Of a DNA stretch of 64,000 bases, positions 40,638 to 49,587 are shown piece by piece; within the stretch, counting starts at the first letter, position 1, and each line of letters opens with the position of its first letter. Under the pieces are notes generated by a model. That model saw only the letters and a list, made by a program, of their open reading frames with translations, searched no databases and was not told where the DNA came from. Source of the stretch: Candidatus Eiseniibacteriota bacterium (GTDB taxonomy: Bacteria > Eisenbacteria > RBG-16-71-46 > CAZEPH01); contig JBGATO010000011.1 of the NCBI GenBank assembly GCA_044229145.1, positions 3,162-67,161 of the forward strand, given 5' to 3'. The position numbers and the translations under genes are program-made.

Positions 40638-41797
40638 GGCTGGGCGAAGCGGGCGGCGGCCGGCGGTGTCGCGCGACGCACGGCAGCCAGCGGTGCCGGC
40701 GCCGCGGCCGGGATCGTCGCCGGGCGCGGGCGGATGCCGCCGTGGGGCGCCGGCGCCGCGTCGCGGGCCGCCGCCAAGGCGCGGATCGCCGGCACCAAGG
40801 CGCCTTCGAGGATCGCCACGCCTTCCAGGCATTGCACGCCGCTCACCGCCTCGGCTTCCGCGACACCGAGGCGTCCGTTCGCCACCGGACCGGCGGTGGC
40901 CAGCACGGTGTAGCCCAACTCGCGCAACCGGCGCACACCGGCATCGCACGACAGCGCATCCGGCGCGGCGAACGTCACCGCGTCGATCGACGCGCGGAAC
41001 GCGGGATCGGCCAGCAGCATCGCCGTCTCGCGCTGCACCACGCCGTCGGCAATCTCGATCACCACGAATTCGGGGCGATGCTCGGCGAGCACGCCGCGCA
41101 GGTGCGCAGCGATCGACGTGAGCTCAGTGAGCGAGCAGTCGGCGGTGGAGGGCCAGCCGGCATCGGTGAAGTCGACCACCGTGACCGCGCCGGCGTCGTA
41201 GAACAGGTTGGGATCCTTGCGGCAGGCAGTACCGGTGATCTTCGCGGCGGCCACCACGTGGCCGGCATTCGCCAGGCTGTGGACCATCTGTGCGGCGGTG
41301 GTGGTCTTGCCGGAGTTCATCGAGGCGCCGAGCGACAGGACGGTGACGGGGCGGGCAGCGTGCGCCGCGGTCCCGGTGAGCGGCCGGGGGAACTGCGTCA
41401 GGTGGAGCGGTTCGCCGTCGGGGCCTGCCAACCGGCCGAGCCACTCGATCACCGTGGGCTCCGGCATGCGGTTGTTCATGCTCACCACGTCTCCCACCAC
41501 ACCGCCGATCCCGATGATGTGGCCGAACGGGCCGCTGATCCGCGCCACGCCTTCGAATTGGTCGGTGGCGTAGCGATTGCCGAGCACGCCGACGAAGATG
41601 TCGCCGACGAACAGCGACATGCGGCGGCCGCTGCGCTCCTCGAGGTCGCGGTGCTTGCCGATGGACACGACGCGCGCGAGGACGAGGCTGCCGGGATTGG
41701 TTTCCTCGACCACGGGCAGGATGCCGGTGACGAGCGAAGGGTCAACGAGGTGGGTGGCGTACGGCCACTTCACGCGGCGGTTCTGGAAGAACTGCAT
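40634..41797 (-). CDS. DUF1611-like P-loop protein
   Basis: GAGAGG RBS; GNRYATDQFEG, Walker A-like GASMNSGKTT, KITGT, DFTDAG.PST, IEIADG..QRET. Confidence 0.72.
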   Translation of the reverse strand: MQFFQNRRVKWPYATHLVDPSLVTGILPVVEETNPGSLVLARVVSIGKHRDLEERSGRRMSLFVGDIFVGVLGNRYATDQFEGVARISGPFGHIIGIGGVVGDVVSMNNRMPEPTVIEWLGRLAGPDGEPLHLTQFPRPLTGTAAHAARPVTVLSLGASMNSGKTTTAAQMVHSLANAGHVVAAAKITGTACRKDPNLFYDAGAVTVVDFTDAGWPSTADCSLTELTSIAAHLRGVLAEHRPEFVVIEIADGVVQRETAMLLADPAFRASIDAVTFAAPDALSCDAGVRRLRELGYTVLATAGPVANGRLGVAEAEAVSGVQCLEGVAILEGALVPAIRALAAARDAAPAPHGGIRPRPATIPAAAPAPLAAVRRATPPAAARFAQP

Positions 41798-41961
41798 GGG
41801 CGGGTCCTCTCGTGCACGCGGCGCCACGACGCATGGCGCGGACGCGCCACGGCCTGAGGGGCAGCCAACCGGGTACAGCCGAGAGGACTGCGGGAGAGCA
41901 CCGCAGGAGAATCGACGGCGAGAAGTAGCGCGGCCGGCCGGCCTGATACTTGAGGGGGAGG

Positions 41962-41997
41962 AAAAAAGTGCGGGCGAGGCCATGGCGCCTCGCCCGC
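41962..41997 (-). terminator. Intrinsic terminator after sulP
   Basis: 11-bp stem GCGGGCGAGGC/GCCTCGCCCGC followed by T6 on the minus strand. Confidence 0.85.
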
Positions 41998-42004
41998 TCA
42001 CCGC

Positions 42005-43849
42005 TTATACGTTGTAGCGGAAGTCTTTAGGCCCTGAGGTGTGATGCGGCGGCCGCGGACAGGTGCGGCACACTTCGTCGAGGAACTGGTAGGCGTAGGC
42101 CATGCCCTTCTGCGTGCTGGTCTGGCGCACCGCCTGCTCGAGGAAGATCTGGTCGGCACCCAGACGGTCCACGATGCCGGCGCGCTCGAAGACGCCGTAC
42201 AACTCCTGCCGCACGCCCACCAGGATGACCTTCACGCCGCGCTGGTGCAGCAGCTCGAGGTGCTCGTGCAGCATGTGCATGCCGACGGCGTCCGGATTCC
42301 GCACCCGCTTGACCCGCAGCACCAGGATCTTTGTCTCGTCGGTGATGCGATTCTCGATGGTGGCCAGCAGCGTGTCGAGCCGCGAGGCGGCACCGAAGAA
42401 CATCTCGCCCTCGAGTCCGAAGATGAGGATGCGCTCGCACGGCGTGTCGTCCGGCCCGCGTTCGACGATGATGCCGTCTTCGTCGACCACGAACTCGGTG
42501 AGCAGCATGCGGCCGGCCCGCGGCACCGTCAGCATGAACGACATGAACACGCCGATGAGCACGCAGAACTCGACGCTGATGCCGATCGCCGCGAACGCCG
42601 TCGCCGCGATGATCAAGCGGTCGAAGCGCGACACCTCGAGATGGAAGCGCAGCGCCTTCCAGTCGACCATCTTCCACGACGAGATGATGAGGATGCCGGC
42701 CATCGCCGACTTCGGAATGAACTGGGCGTACGGCGCGAACAGCATGACGATGGCCGCCACCGCCGCCGCGCTGATGACGCCCGACCACTGCGTCTGCCCG
42801 CCCGCCTGCTGGTTGATCGTCGAGCGGGTCAGCGAGCCCGAGCCGGGGAAGCAGTGGAAGAACGAACCGGTGACGTTCGCCAGCCCTTCCGACAGACACT
42901 GCTGATTGATGTCGATGCGCTGCCGGGTTTGCGCGGCGATCGCCTTCGCCATCGAGATGGCCTCGAGAAGACCGAGCGTGGCGATCGCGAGCGCACTGGT
43001 CGAGAGCTGACGGAGGTGCGGCGAGTGGAAGTCCGGGGGCGCGAAGCGCGGCAATTGCGCCGGAATGTCGCCGACCACCTTGACGCCCGCGCTCTCGAAG
43101 CCGAAGCGCGCGCTGAGCGCCGCCATGATCACCACGGTGAGCAGGAGATCGGGCAGCAGCGGCATGCGCAGCTTGCCTTTCGCCCAGCGCAGTGCGAGCA
43201 CCAGCGCCATCGACGCGAGCCCGACTTCGAGCGTCAGCGCGTGCACGTGGCCGCCGTGCGTCATGGTTTCCCAGAAGCGCACCATGAACAGGTCGTGCGG
43301 ATCGCCCTGCGCCTTGAGCCCGAGCAAGTTCTTCATCTGGTCGAGCGGCAGCAGCGCGCCGGCGCCGAGCGTGAAGCCGATGATGACCGAGTGCGAGATG
43401 TAGCGCGTGAGGTCGCCGAGGCGCAGCAGCGTGATCCCGACTTGGATGCAGCCGACCAGGAACGCGCACAGGATCGCCGCCGACAACCGGCTCTCCGCCG
43501 GCAGCACGCTGATCGCGCTCAGCAGGGCGATCGAGATTGCGTTCGTCGGCCCGTTGATCAGCTGCTTCGAGGAGTCGAAGACCGCGCCCACCGCGGTCAT
43601 CACGATCGCGGTGTAGAGCCCGTACTCGGCGGGGAGGCCGGCGACCAGGGCATACGCCATCGCCTGCGGCACGGCGACGGTCGCGACCGTGAGTCCGGCG
43701 ATGAGATCGCCGCGAAACTTCTCGATGCTGTAGCGACGCGCCGAGTACACCGCGGGGATGCGGCGGTACAGCCAACGCACCAGCACCGACGGGTGGACGT
43801 GCTGACCGAGTTCGTCGATGTAGCGACCGGGCGCCGCACCTTGCGACAC
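42005..43849 (-). CDS. SulP/SLC26 anion transporter with STAS domain
   Basis: DLIAGLTVATVAVPQAMAYA, GLYTAIV, GPTNAIS, GSGSLTRS, GEMFFG (STAS). Confidence 0.94.
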   Translation of the reverse strand: MSQGAAPGRYIDELGQHVHPSVLVRWLYRRIPAVYSARRYSIEKFRGDLIAGLTVATVAVPQAMAYALVAGLPAEYGLYTAIVMTAVGAVFDSSKQLINGPTNAISIALLSAISVLPAESRLSAAILCAFLVGCIQVGITLLRLGDLTRYISHSVIIGFTLGAGALLPLDQMKNLLGLKAQGDPHDLFMVRFWETMTHGGHVHALTLEVGLASMALVLALRWAKGKLRMPLLPDLLLTVVIMAALSARFGFESAGVKVVGDIPAQLPRFAPPDFHSPHLRQLSTSALAIATLGLLEAISMAKAIAAQTRQRIDINQQCLSEGLANVTGSFFHCFPGSGSLTRSTINQQAGGQTQWSGVISAAAVAAIVMLFAPYAQFIPKSAMAGILIISSWKMVDWKALRFHLEVSRFDRLIIAATAFAAIGISVEFCVLIGVFMSFMLTVPRAGRMLLTEFVVDEDGIIVERGPDDTPCERILIFGLEGEMFFGAASRLDTLLATIENRITDETKILVLRVKRVRNPDAVGMHMLHEHLELLHQRGVKVILVGVRQELYGVFERAGIVDRLGADQIFLEQAVRQTSTQKGMAYAYQFLDEVCRTCPRPPHHTSGPKDFRYNV

Positions 43850-44040
43850 GGGGGATCCTCCGGCACACAGGCGAGGTCGGCGACTGGCAGCCTGCCGTCG
43901 CCCAGAACATTCAACAGGTTCGCCAGGCTACTGGATCGGCCCGCGAAACTCCACAGTCGAGTAGTTTCCGCTCACGGCATCGCTGATTTGCGTCCGTGAC
44001 ATGTCATGGCGGCAGGATTTGTCACGGCGTGGAAACACCA

Positions 44041-44070
44041 GGAGCCCGCACCGGGTGTGGTGCGGGCTCC
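44041..44070 (-). terminator. Stem-loop downstream of the SWG-tail gene
   Basis: 12-bp stem GGAGCCCGCACC/GGTGCGGGCTCC; weak U tract. Confidence 0.5.
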
Positions 44071-44086
44071 GTCCGTGCCCGGAATC

Positions 44087-44740
44087 CTACCGGTACAGCG
44101 TCTTGACCTTGCCCCACGACGTCCCGCGCACCGGTGTCACCGGACTGCCGTTCAACACCACGATGGCGCTGCGCAGGTTGTTCTCCGAGCAGCAGTCGTC
44201 GACCTGCGTGACCACCACGCGGTTGATCTCGCCCGACACCACGTAGGTGCTCAGGTCTGTGGTGCCCGAGCCACCGAGGTAGACGTAGCTCCCCGGCACC
44301 ACGAGCCCGCCGGGATACGCCGAGTTGAAGATCGTCACGCGCGAGCCGTCATCCATGCCGCTGAAGGCGATGGTGAACTGTGTCACCACGACGTTGAGCG
44401 GGATGTCCACCAGCGTCTGGAAGTACGTGAAGTCGCCGTACCCCATGCAGGTGACCGGCGCCTGGCACACCCGCGACGCGATGCTGAAGTCGATGATGTC
44501 GCCATTGGGGGCTGGCTTCCATCCCGCATCACCCTGCGGCGGAATCGTGGCGACGTCGTATTCGCAGATCGCGCCGTGCTGGCTGGGCGAACAGCTGAAG
44601 GCGATGAGACCGAGCGGATTGGCGGGCGTGACCTCGAGCCCCTCGTGCATTTGCCACGCCGAGCGGGTTTGCGCACCGGCGAACGACGCGCAGGTGGCGA
44701 CACACAGTGCCGCAAGCGCGAGACGGAATCCAAGATTCAT
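44087..44740 (-). CDS. Small secreted Cys-containing beta-sandwich protein ending in TPVRGTSWGKVKTLYR
   Basis: GAGGAG RBS; signal peptide ending FAGA; beta-rich core (DFTYFQT, GMDDG, DDCC). Confidence 0.75.
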   Translation of the reverse strand: MNLGFRLALAALCVATCASFAGAQTRSAWQMHEGLEVTPANPLGLIAFSCSPSQHGAICEYDVATIPPQGDAGWKPAPNGDIIDFSIASRVCQAPVTCMGYGDFTYFQTLVDIPLNVVVTQFTIAFSGMDDGSRVTIFNSAYPGGLVVPGSYVYLGGSGTTDLSTYVVSGEINRVVVTQVDDCCSENNLRSAIVVLNGSPVTPVRGTSWGKVKTLYR

Positions 44741-44862
44741 GGGAAGCTCCTCGGTGTGGGGGCACGGGCTGTGAACGACCAGCCTCCAGCATGGCACACG
44801 CGAAGCCGCAGCTGGATGGCTCAGACGGCGAGGAGACGGACAGGCTCAATGCCCATTGACAA

Positions 44863-44892
44863 GCGGCGGCGGCGAGCATGCGCCGCCGCCGC
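44863..44892 (-). terminator. GC stem-loop after the M56 gene
   Basis: GCGGCGGCGGCG/CGCCGCCGCCGC with a 6-nt loop, followed by TTGTC on the minus strand. Confidence 0.45.
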
Positions 44893-44914
44893 CGCGTGAC
44901 GGTGCGAAAGACGA

Positions 44915-47173
44915 CTAGAGCGCGAGGGCGTCGTCGAGCGCCTTGAGCGCCTCGCCGCGTTCGTAGGATCCGAGCGTGCGGGCCGCCGCGCGGTAGCGCG
45001 CCGACAACGCCGCGTCGCGCGCGATCCGGCGCGCCAGCACCTGCAACGCCACCCGCTTCTCATACTGCGAGCCGATGCCGTCCGCCACCTCGAGCGCCTC
45101 ACCCAACGAAGGCGGAGCCAGTGGCGCATTCGAGGCAAGTGCCACCAACGCCGTCCGGCGCTCGAAATCCGAGTGCAGCCCACGCATCGCGGTGAGACAC
45201 GCGCCCGCGACGGCGGGATCGGAGGCGCGCGGCGCCGCGACCTCGATCACCGTGCGCAACTCGAAATCCGAGGTGATCCGCTCGCCGGCGAGGCGAACCA
45301 GAGACGCGGCGAACGGCGCGCCGCCTGTCCCGCCCTCCAATCCTTCTTGGATCGTGCGGCGCAGTTCGTAACTGGAGCCGAGTCGCGCTGCCTGCCCCAT
45401 CCACGCCGCTTGCGCGTCCGCCTCCGTGTGCACGGCCCGCAACCGCGCGGCGTGCCGCAGGATCTCCGCCAACTCGAAGTCGGAGCCGATGCTCTGCGCG
45501 CCCGCGATCACTTGCCCCGCGCGCGATGCGTCGAGCGGATCGTCGTCCATCGCGGCCGTCAGCACGCAGCGTACGTCGTAGTCGGAGTGCATCTCGCTCG
45601 CGAGGGCGAGGGCGCGGGAGAATTGCGGCGCGTCGAGGGTCGCCTGTGCGAAGAGCGCGGTCAGGTACGCGGCGCGGCCTCCGTCACCGGTGATGAGCGC
45701 GCATTCGTCCAGCACGCGCGGGGGACCGCCGCGCGCCAGCAAGCGGCCGACGCGGCCGTTCGCGTCGAAGGCGGTTTCGCGGAAGATGCGCGGGAGCGCG
45801 GCGGCCAGCCATGCGCGGCCCTCCGCGTCGAGTGGCGCGGTGTGGCCATTCACGGAGTAGAGGCGGCTCACATCGCCCCCACGCGCGGGACGTACCTGGT
45901 ACTCGTGTTCGACCCCGCCCTGCTTCTCGCGCAGGAAGAACGCGCCGCCCGGCGACAGGCTCGCGACATCGGATTCGTCGTCGGCAAATCGCACCACGCC
46001 CGTCGTGCGCAGCTTCGCCGTGTACCCCGGGCGCGTGACGGACGCGCTCATGCCCCAGCCGTCCTGCGATGTCGTGATGCGAGTCGAACTGCCGTGGGTG
46101 CGGGTGATCAGATCCTCCGCATTGCAACCCGGCAGCACGAACGCCGCGCCGGCAAGCCCGAGGAACACGCCGAGGCGCAGCGGCCATGAGACGGTACGTG
46201 ACGACATGATGGTCTCCGTGAGCAGGTGATCGACGCGCGCGACGAGTGGACCGTCGGACGCCATGGCGACACCGATGGCGGCGGTGCGGGTGCGGGTGAG
46301 GTGTGCCGCGCAGGTCGCCAGACATTCGGCGAGCGCGCGGGGATCGCGGGTGGCGCGCGCTGCCCAGGCATCGGCCTCGAGTTCGGCGAGGGCAGCCAAT
46401 CGGCGCCGGGCGAGGTGGAGCAGCGGCTGCAGCCACATCGCCGCGGCGAGCAGTTGCACGAGCACGTGCCACTGAGGATCGCGGCGGGCGCGGTGCGCCA
46501 ATTCGTGGGCGAGGAGCGCGCGTCGCTGCCGGGCGTCCAGATCTCCCGCCGCCCATTCCGGCAGGACGATCTCCCCGTTCGGCAGCGTCAGCGGACTCCC
46601 GACCGCGCGCGAGACGCTGAGGCCACGCGGCCGCAGCCCCTGCACCGCGCACATCGAGGCGAACTCCGCGGCGATCCCGGCGTCCACCGTCCGCCGTTCC
46701 GCGAGCAGCCGGCGCGCCGCACGCGCCGAGTGCGCGTGGCGCGTGAGCCCAACGGCTGCCCCCGCGAGCCACAGCAGCGCGAGCGCCTCTGCCGCGCGGG
46801 CGAGGCCGCGCGGGATGCCTCGCGGCGTCGGCACCGGCGTCGCGGCGGGTGCCAGCGGTGTGGCGCGCGCTGCCCGCGACGCGTCCGCGACGTGCGCGGC
46901 ACGCGGCGAGGCCGCACGGGGCGGCGCGGTCCGCAGGTGCGGTGCCGCGGCAGGCTGGAGCAGCGAGGCGGCGGATCGCGCCGTCCACCCGCAGCTGTAT
47001 GCGGTCGCCGTCGCCAGCGCGCCCACCAGCGCGGCCCGCCACACGAACTCGCGCACCGCCGGCACCCGCCCGCGGCACGCCGCGTCGATTCCCCATGCCG
47101 CCGCGAGCAGCAGAGTCGAATGCGCTAGGTAGGTGAGCAGCCAGGCCGTCACGCCGGAGGCCAGATCATTCAT
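44915..47173 (-). CDS. BlaR1/MecR1-like M56 metallopeptidase with C-terminal helical-repeat domain
   Basis: N-terminal TMs; LAHELAH.ARRD; ELEADAWA; C-terminal S(D/S/Q)(Y/F)E repeats in place of a penicillin-binding domain. Confidence 0.88.
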   Translation of the reverse strand: MNDLASGVTAWLLTYLAHSTLLLAAAWGIDAACRGRVPAVREFVWRAALVGALATATAYSCGWTARSAASLLQPAAAPHLRTAPPRAASPRAAHVADASRAARATPLAPAATPVPTPRGIPRGLARAAEALALLWLAGAAVGLTRHAHSARAARRLLAERRTVDAGIAAEFASMCAVQGLRPRGLSVSRAVGSPLTLPNGEIVLPEWAAGDLDARQRRALLAHELAHRARRDPQWHVLVQLLAAAMWLQPLLHLARRRLAALAELEADAWAARATRDPRALAECLATCAAHLTRTRTAAIGVAMASDGPLVARVDHLLTETIMSSRTVSWPLRLGVFLGLAGAAFVLPGCNAEDLITRTHGSSTRITTSQDGWGMSASVTRPGYTAKLRTTGVVRFADDESDVASLSPGGAFFLREKQGGVEHEYQVRPARGGDVSRLYSVNGHTAPLDAEGRAWLAAALPRIFRETAFDANGRVGRLLARGGPPRVLDECALITGDGGRAAYLTALFAQATLDAPQFSRALALASEMHSDYDVRCVLTAAMDDDPLDASRAGQVIAGAQSIGSDFELAEILRHAARLRAVHTEADAQAAWMGQAARLGSSYELRRTIQEGLEGGTGGAPFAASLVRLAGERITSDFELRTVIEVAAPRASDPAVAGACLTAMRGLHSDFERRTALVALASNAPLAPPSLGEALEVADGIGSQYEKRVALQVLARRIARDAALSARYRAAARTLGSYERGEALKALDDALAL

Positions 47174-47555
47174 CGTCGGACCCCCGCAGGCGTGCCCGGA
47201 TCTTGGTCAGGTCTCCCGGGGCGATGTCGTCGGCGCGCACCAAGTGCGTGACGAGCGCGAGCGCATCGCCACGAAACAACGTCGACACCAGATCGGTCAC
47301 CATCGACTCGCGCACGTCGGCCTCGCTGACCAGCGCGCGATAGGTGAGGGTGCGGCCGTCGCGGCGCGAGGCGACCACGCCGCGCTTCGCGAGTCGCGTG
47401 AGAAGCGTGGCGACGGTGGTCGGCGCCAGACCGCGCTCGGCGGCCAGATCGGCGGCGATGTCCGAGGTCGCCGCCTCGCCGCGACGCCACAGCGCGCGCA
47501 TCACCGCGAACTGCACGGCGGAGAGATGAATGTCACGAGACGAAGAAGCGGACAT
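47166..47555 (-). CDS. BlaI/MecI/CopY family repressor
   Basis: VMRALW, TTVATLLTRLAKRG, YRALVS; overlaps the M56 start. Confidence 0.92.
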   Translation of the reverse strand: MSASSSRDIHLSAVQFAVMRALWRRGEAATSDIAADLAAERGLAPTTVATLLTRLAKRGVVASRRDGRTLTYRALVSEADVRESMVTDLVSTLFRGDALALVTHLVRADDIAPGDLTKIRARLRGSDDE

Positions 47556-47583
47556 GACGACCTCGCGGGCGATCGAATGGACA

Positions 47584-47618
47584 ACTACATGTGTAGTCGA
47601 AGTCCGGCCCGCCGTCAA
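47584..47618 (-). promoter_or_regulatory. BlaI-type operator overlapping a sigma70-like promoter
   Basis: ACTACA-TG-TGTAGT (TACA-N2-TGTA) at 47584-47597; TTGACG at 47618-47613, 17-nt spacer, weak -10 TACACA inside the operator. Confidence 0.75.
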
Positions 47619-47698
47619 GGCCTCCCCGGAATTCGCTACCTGCGCCGCTCGCCGACGCCGCTATACTGCCGCGCACTCGATGCGGGCGGAGGGAGTTC

Positions 47699-48088
47699 AT
47701 GCTCTGGTACGTGGCGCTCGGTAGCGCTCTCGGCGGCGTGACGCGATTCGTGGTGGGAGGCTATCTCCAGCGGATGTGGGGCGCGGAGTTCCCCGCGGGG
47801 ACGCTGTTCGTCAACCTGACAGGATCGCTGCTCATCGGGTTCGTGATGCGGCTCTGTGTCGCCGCCCCGTCGATTCCCGTGGAGGCGCGTCTGTTCCTCA
47901 CCACCGGCTTCTGCGGCGGCTTCACCACGTTCTCGACCTTCAGCCTCGAAACCGTCGAGATGCTCAAGACGGGCGCGGCACCGCGCGCCGTGCTCTACAT
48001 CGTGTCCAGCGTGTTGCTCTGTCTCGCCGGCACATTCGCCGGGTTCGCGTTGGCGCTCGGCCTCGTGGCGTTGCGCCGCGGCCTCTGA
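47699..48088 (+). CDS. crcB: Fluoride channel FluC/CrcB
   Basis: GSALGGVTRF, GTLFVNLTGS, GFCGGFTTFSTF. Confidence 0.95.
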   Translation: MLWYVALGSALGGVTRFVVGGYLQRMWGAEFPAGTLFVNLTGSLLIGFVMRLCVAAPSIPVEARLFLTTGFCGGFTTFSTFSLETVEMLKTGAAPRAVLYIVSSVLLCLAGTFAGFALALGLVALRRGL

Positions 48089-48096
48089 CGCGCGAA

Positions 48097-48121
48097 CGCC
48101 GGGAGCGGCGAGCTCCCGGCG
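48097..48121. terminator. Hairpin between convergent genes
   Basis: CGCCGGGAGC/GCTCCCGGCG with a 5-nt loop. Confidence 0.45.
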
Positions 48122-48152
48122 TCGGCGCGACTCGCGCTGGCAGTGCGCGCGC

Positions 48153-49412
48153 CTACTTGATCGATCCGAGCACGCTCTTGGCGCCGGTGCCCTTGCCGGT
48201 GAGTTCGAGCGTCCACGTCGTCGGCTTGTCGCCATCGCCCTGCGGGTTCGTGCCGACGAACTTGACCCAGCCGCCGGGGACGCTGTCCGCCAGCCACCAT
48301 TCGATCGTCGAACCGCCGGCGCCGCCGGAGAACTTCACGTGCTTGGCGCTCACGCCGCCCACGGTTTCGCTGCCGACGGTGGCGCCTTCCACGCTCTCCG
48401 GCGTCGGCTTGAAGGGCAGCGCCGAGAGGCTGCTCAGCATCGACATGTACTGCGGGACGAGCATCTCGCGCGGTTCGGGATCGCCGGGCAGCTTGCCGCG
48501 CATGCGCACCAGCTGCCGGATGGTGCCGTCGGGGTCGAGCGGCTTGAACAGACCTTCGAGCACCACGGTGTCGACCACCGCGTCGTGTGCGACCAGCGAC
48601 GTGGTGCGCCACCACTCGCTGCCCTCGGGCGTCTTGAGCAGGAAGGCGCGCTCGATCGTCGTCTTCTCCTCGGGCGATGCGGAGTCCAGCATCTGCCACG
48701 TCGTCCACTCGCCCGGCTGGTAGGGCTTCTCGAACATGGTGGCGCCGGAGATGTACATCGCCGAGAACATGTACCCGATGTAGCCCCACGCAGCGTCGCC
48801 GCCCCACGTCGACGGCAGATGGCCGTGGCCGCCGCCGCCGCGCACCGCGCCGCCGGTGTAGCCGGGACCCGCATCGCCGCTGATCGTCGTGACGCGCGAG
48901 CCGAGCGCCCCCATCAGGTCGCCCTTGTGCGCGCCGAGCACCGACTTCTCGCCATCGCTGAACTTCTCGGAACACGAGCCGCCGAGGAAACACAGGATGC
49001 GATTGGTGAGCGACTCGTACTGTCCGCCCTTGAATCCACCCGCGCTGTTGGCCGCGGCCGTCGGGCCCTCCATCAACTTCGCGCGTTCCTTCTGGAAGCC
49101 GTCCTCGCTCGAGGCGCCGCACTTCGCCTTGAGGGCGATCTTCGCGGCGAGCCCGAGCTTGCCGCCGCTGGCGTCGTTCGCGGCCATGAACGTCTTCGCG
49201 CACTCACGCCACGCGGCGATCTTGCGATCGAGTTCGTCGAGTTGCGCGGTGACGTTGCCCTGCGCCTGCGTCTCGGCGGTGTGAGCCTTGAAGAAGCGGG
49301 CGATGATGTCTTCGGTGATCTCGACCACGTCACCGGCTCGCGCCGGCAGCGCGGAGACGGCGAGGCAGGTGGCAAGCAGCGCGGTGACGACTGCGGAGCG
49401 GCGGAGCCTCAT
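48153..49412 (-). CDS. Secreted hypothetical protein (helical Cys-containing N-domain, Gly linker, possibly DUF4412-like C-domain)
   Basis: GGAGG RBS; signal peptide; C-terminal GSETVGG.SAKHVKF...EWWLADSVPGG.VK pattern. Confidence 0.7.
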   Translation of the reverse strand: MRLRRSAVVTALLATCLAVSALPARAGDVVEITEDIIARFFKAHTAETQAQGNVTAQLDELDRKIAAWRECAKTFMAANDASGGKLGLAAKIALKAKCGASSEDGFQKERAKLMEGPTAAANSAGGFKGGQYESLTNRILCFLGGSCSEKFSDGEKSVLGAHKGDLMGALGSRVTTISGDAGPGYTGGAVRGGGGHGHLPSTWGGDAAWGYIGYMFSAMYISGATMFEKPYQPGEWTTWQMLDSASPEEKTTIERAFLLKTPEGSEWWRTTSLVAHDAVVDTVVLEGLFKPLDPDGTIRQLVRMRGKLPGDPEPREMLVPQYMSMLSSLSALPFKPTPESVEGATVGSETVGGVSAKHVKFSGGAGGSTIEWWLADSVPGGWVKFVGTNPQGDGDKPTTWTLELTGKGTGAKSVLGSIK

Positions 49413-49532
49413 GACGGCGAATCCTCCGGGTGAGGGGACGACGGCGAACCCCGCCGACGATACGGCGTCCCATCCGGAGCTGTCAGTACATCAATAGGCG
49501 GCAGGGGCGACCTGGCGCAAGACCGCAACGCG

Positions 49533-49565
49533 CACGGGGCCGCGGCAGCACGCCGCGGCCCCGTG
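49533..49565 (-). terminator. Stem-loop downstream of the glycoside-hydrolase-like gene
   Basis: 14-bp stem CACGGGGCCGCGGC/GCCGCGGCCCCGTG. Confidence 0.5.
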
Positions 49566-49587
49566 TCACATCGCGGTGAGGGCGAGC

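Noticed and set aside
38727-43999. Long plus-strand ORFs (728, 371 and 652 aa)
   Set aside because: Antisense shadows of the ABC exporter, the DUF1611-like gene and sulP.
47620-47698. Fluoride riboswitch upstream of crcB
   Set aside because: No match to the consensus, and a TATACT -10-like hexamer about 30 nt before the ATG leaves no room.
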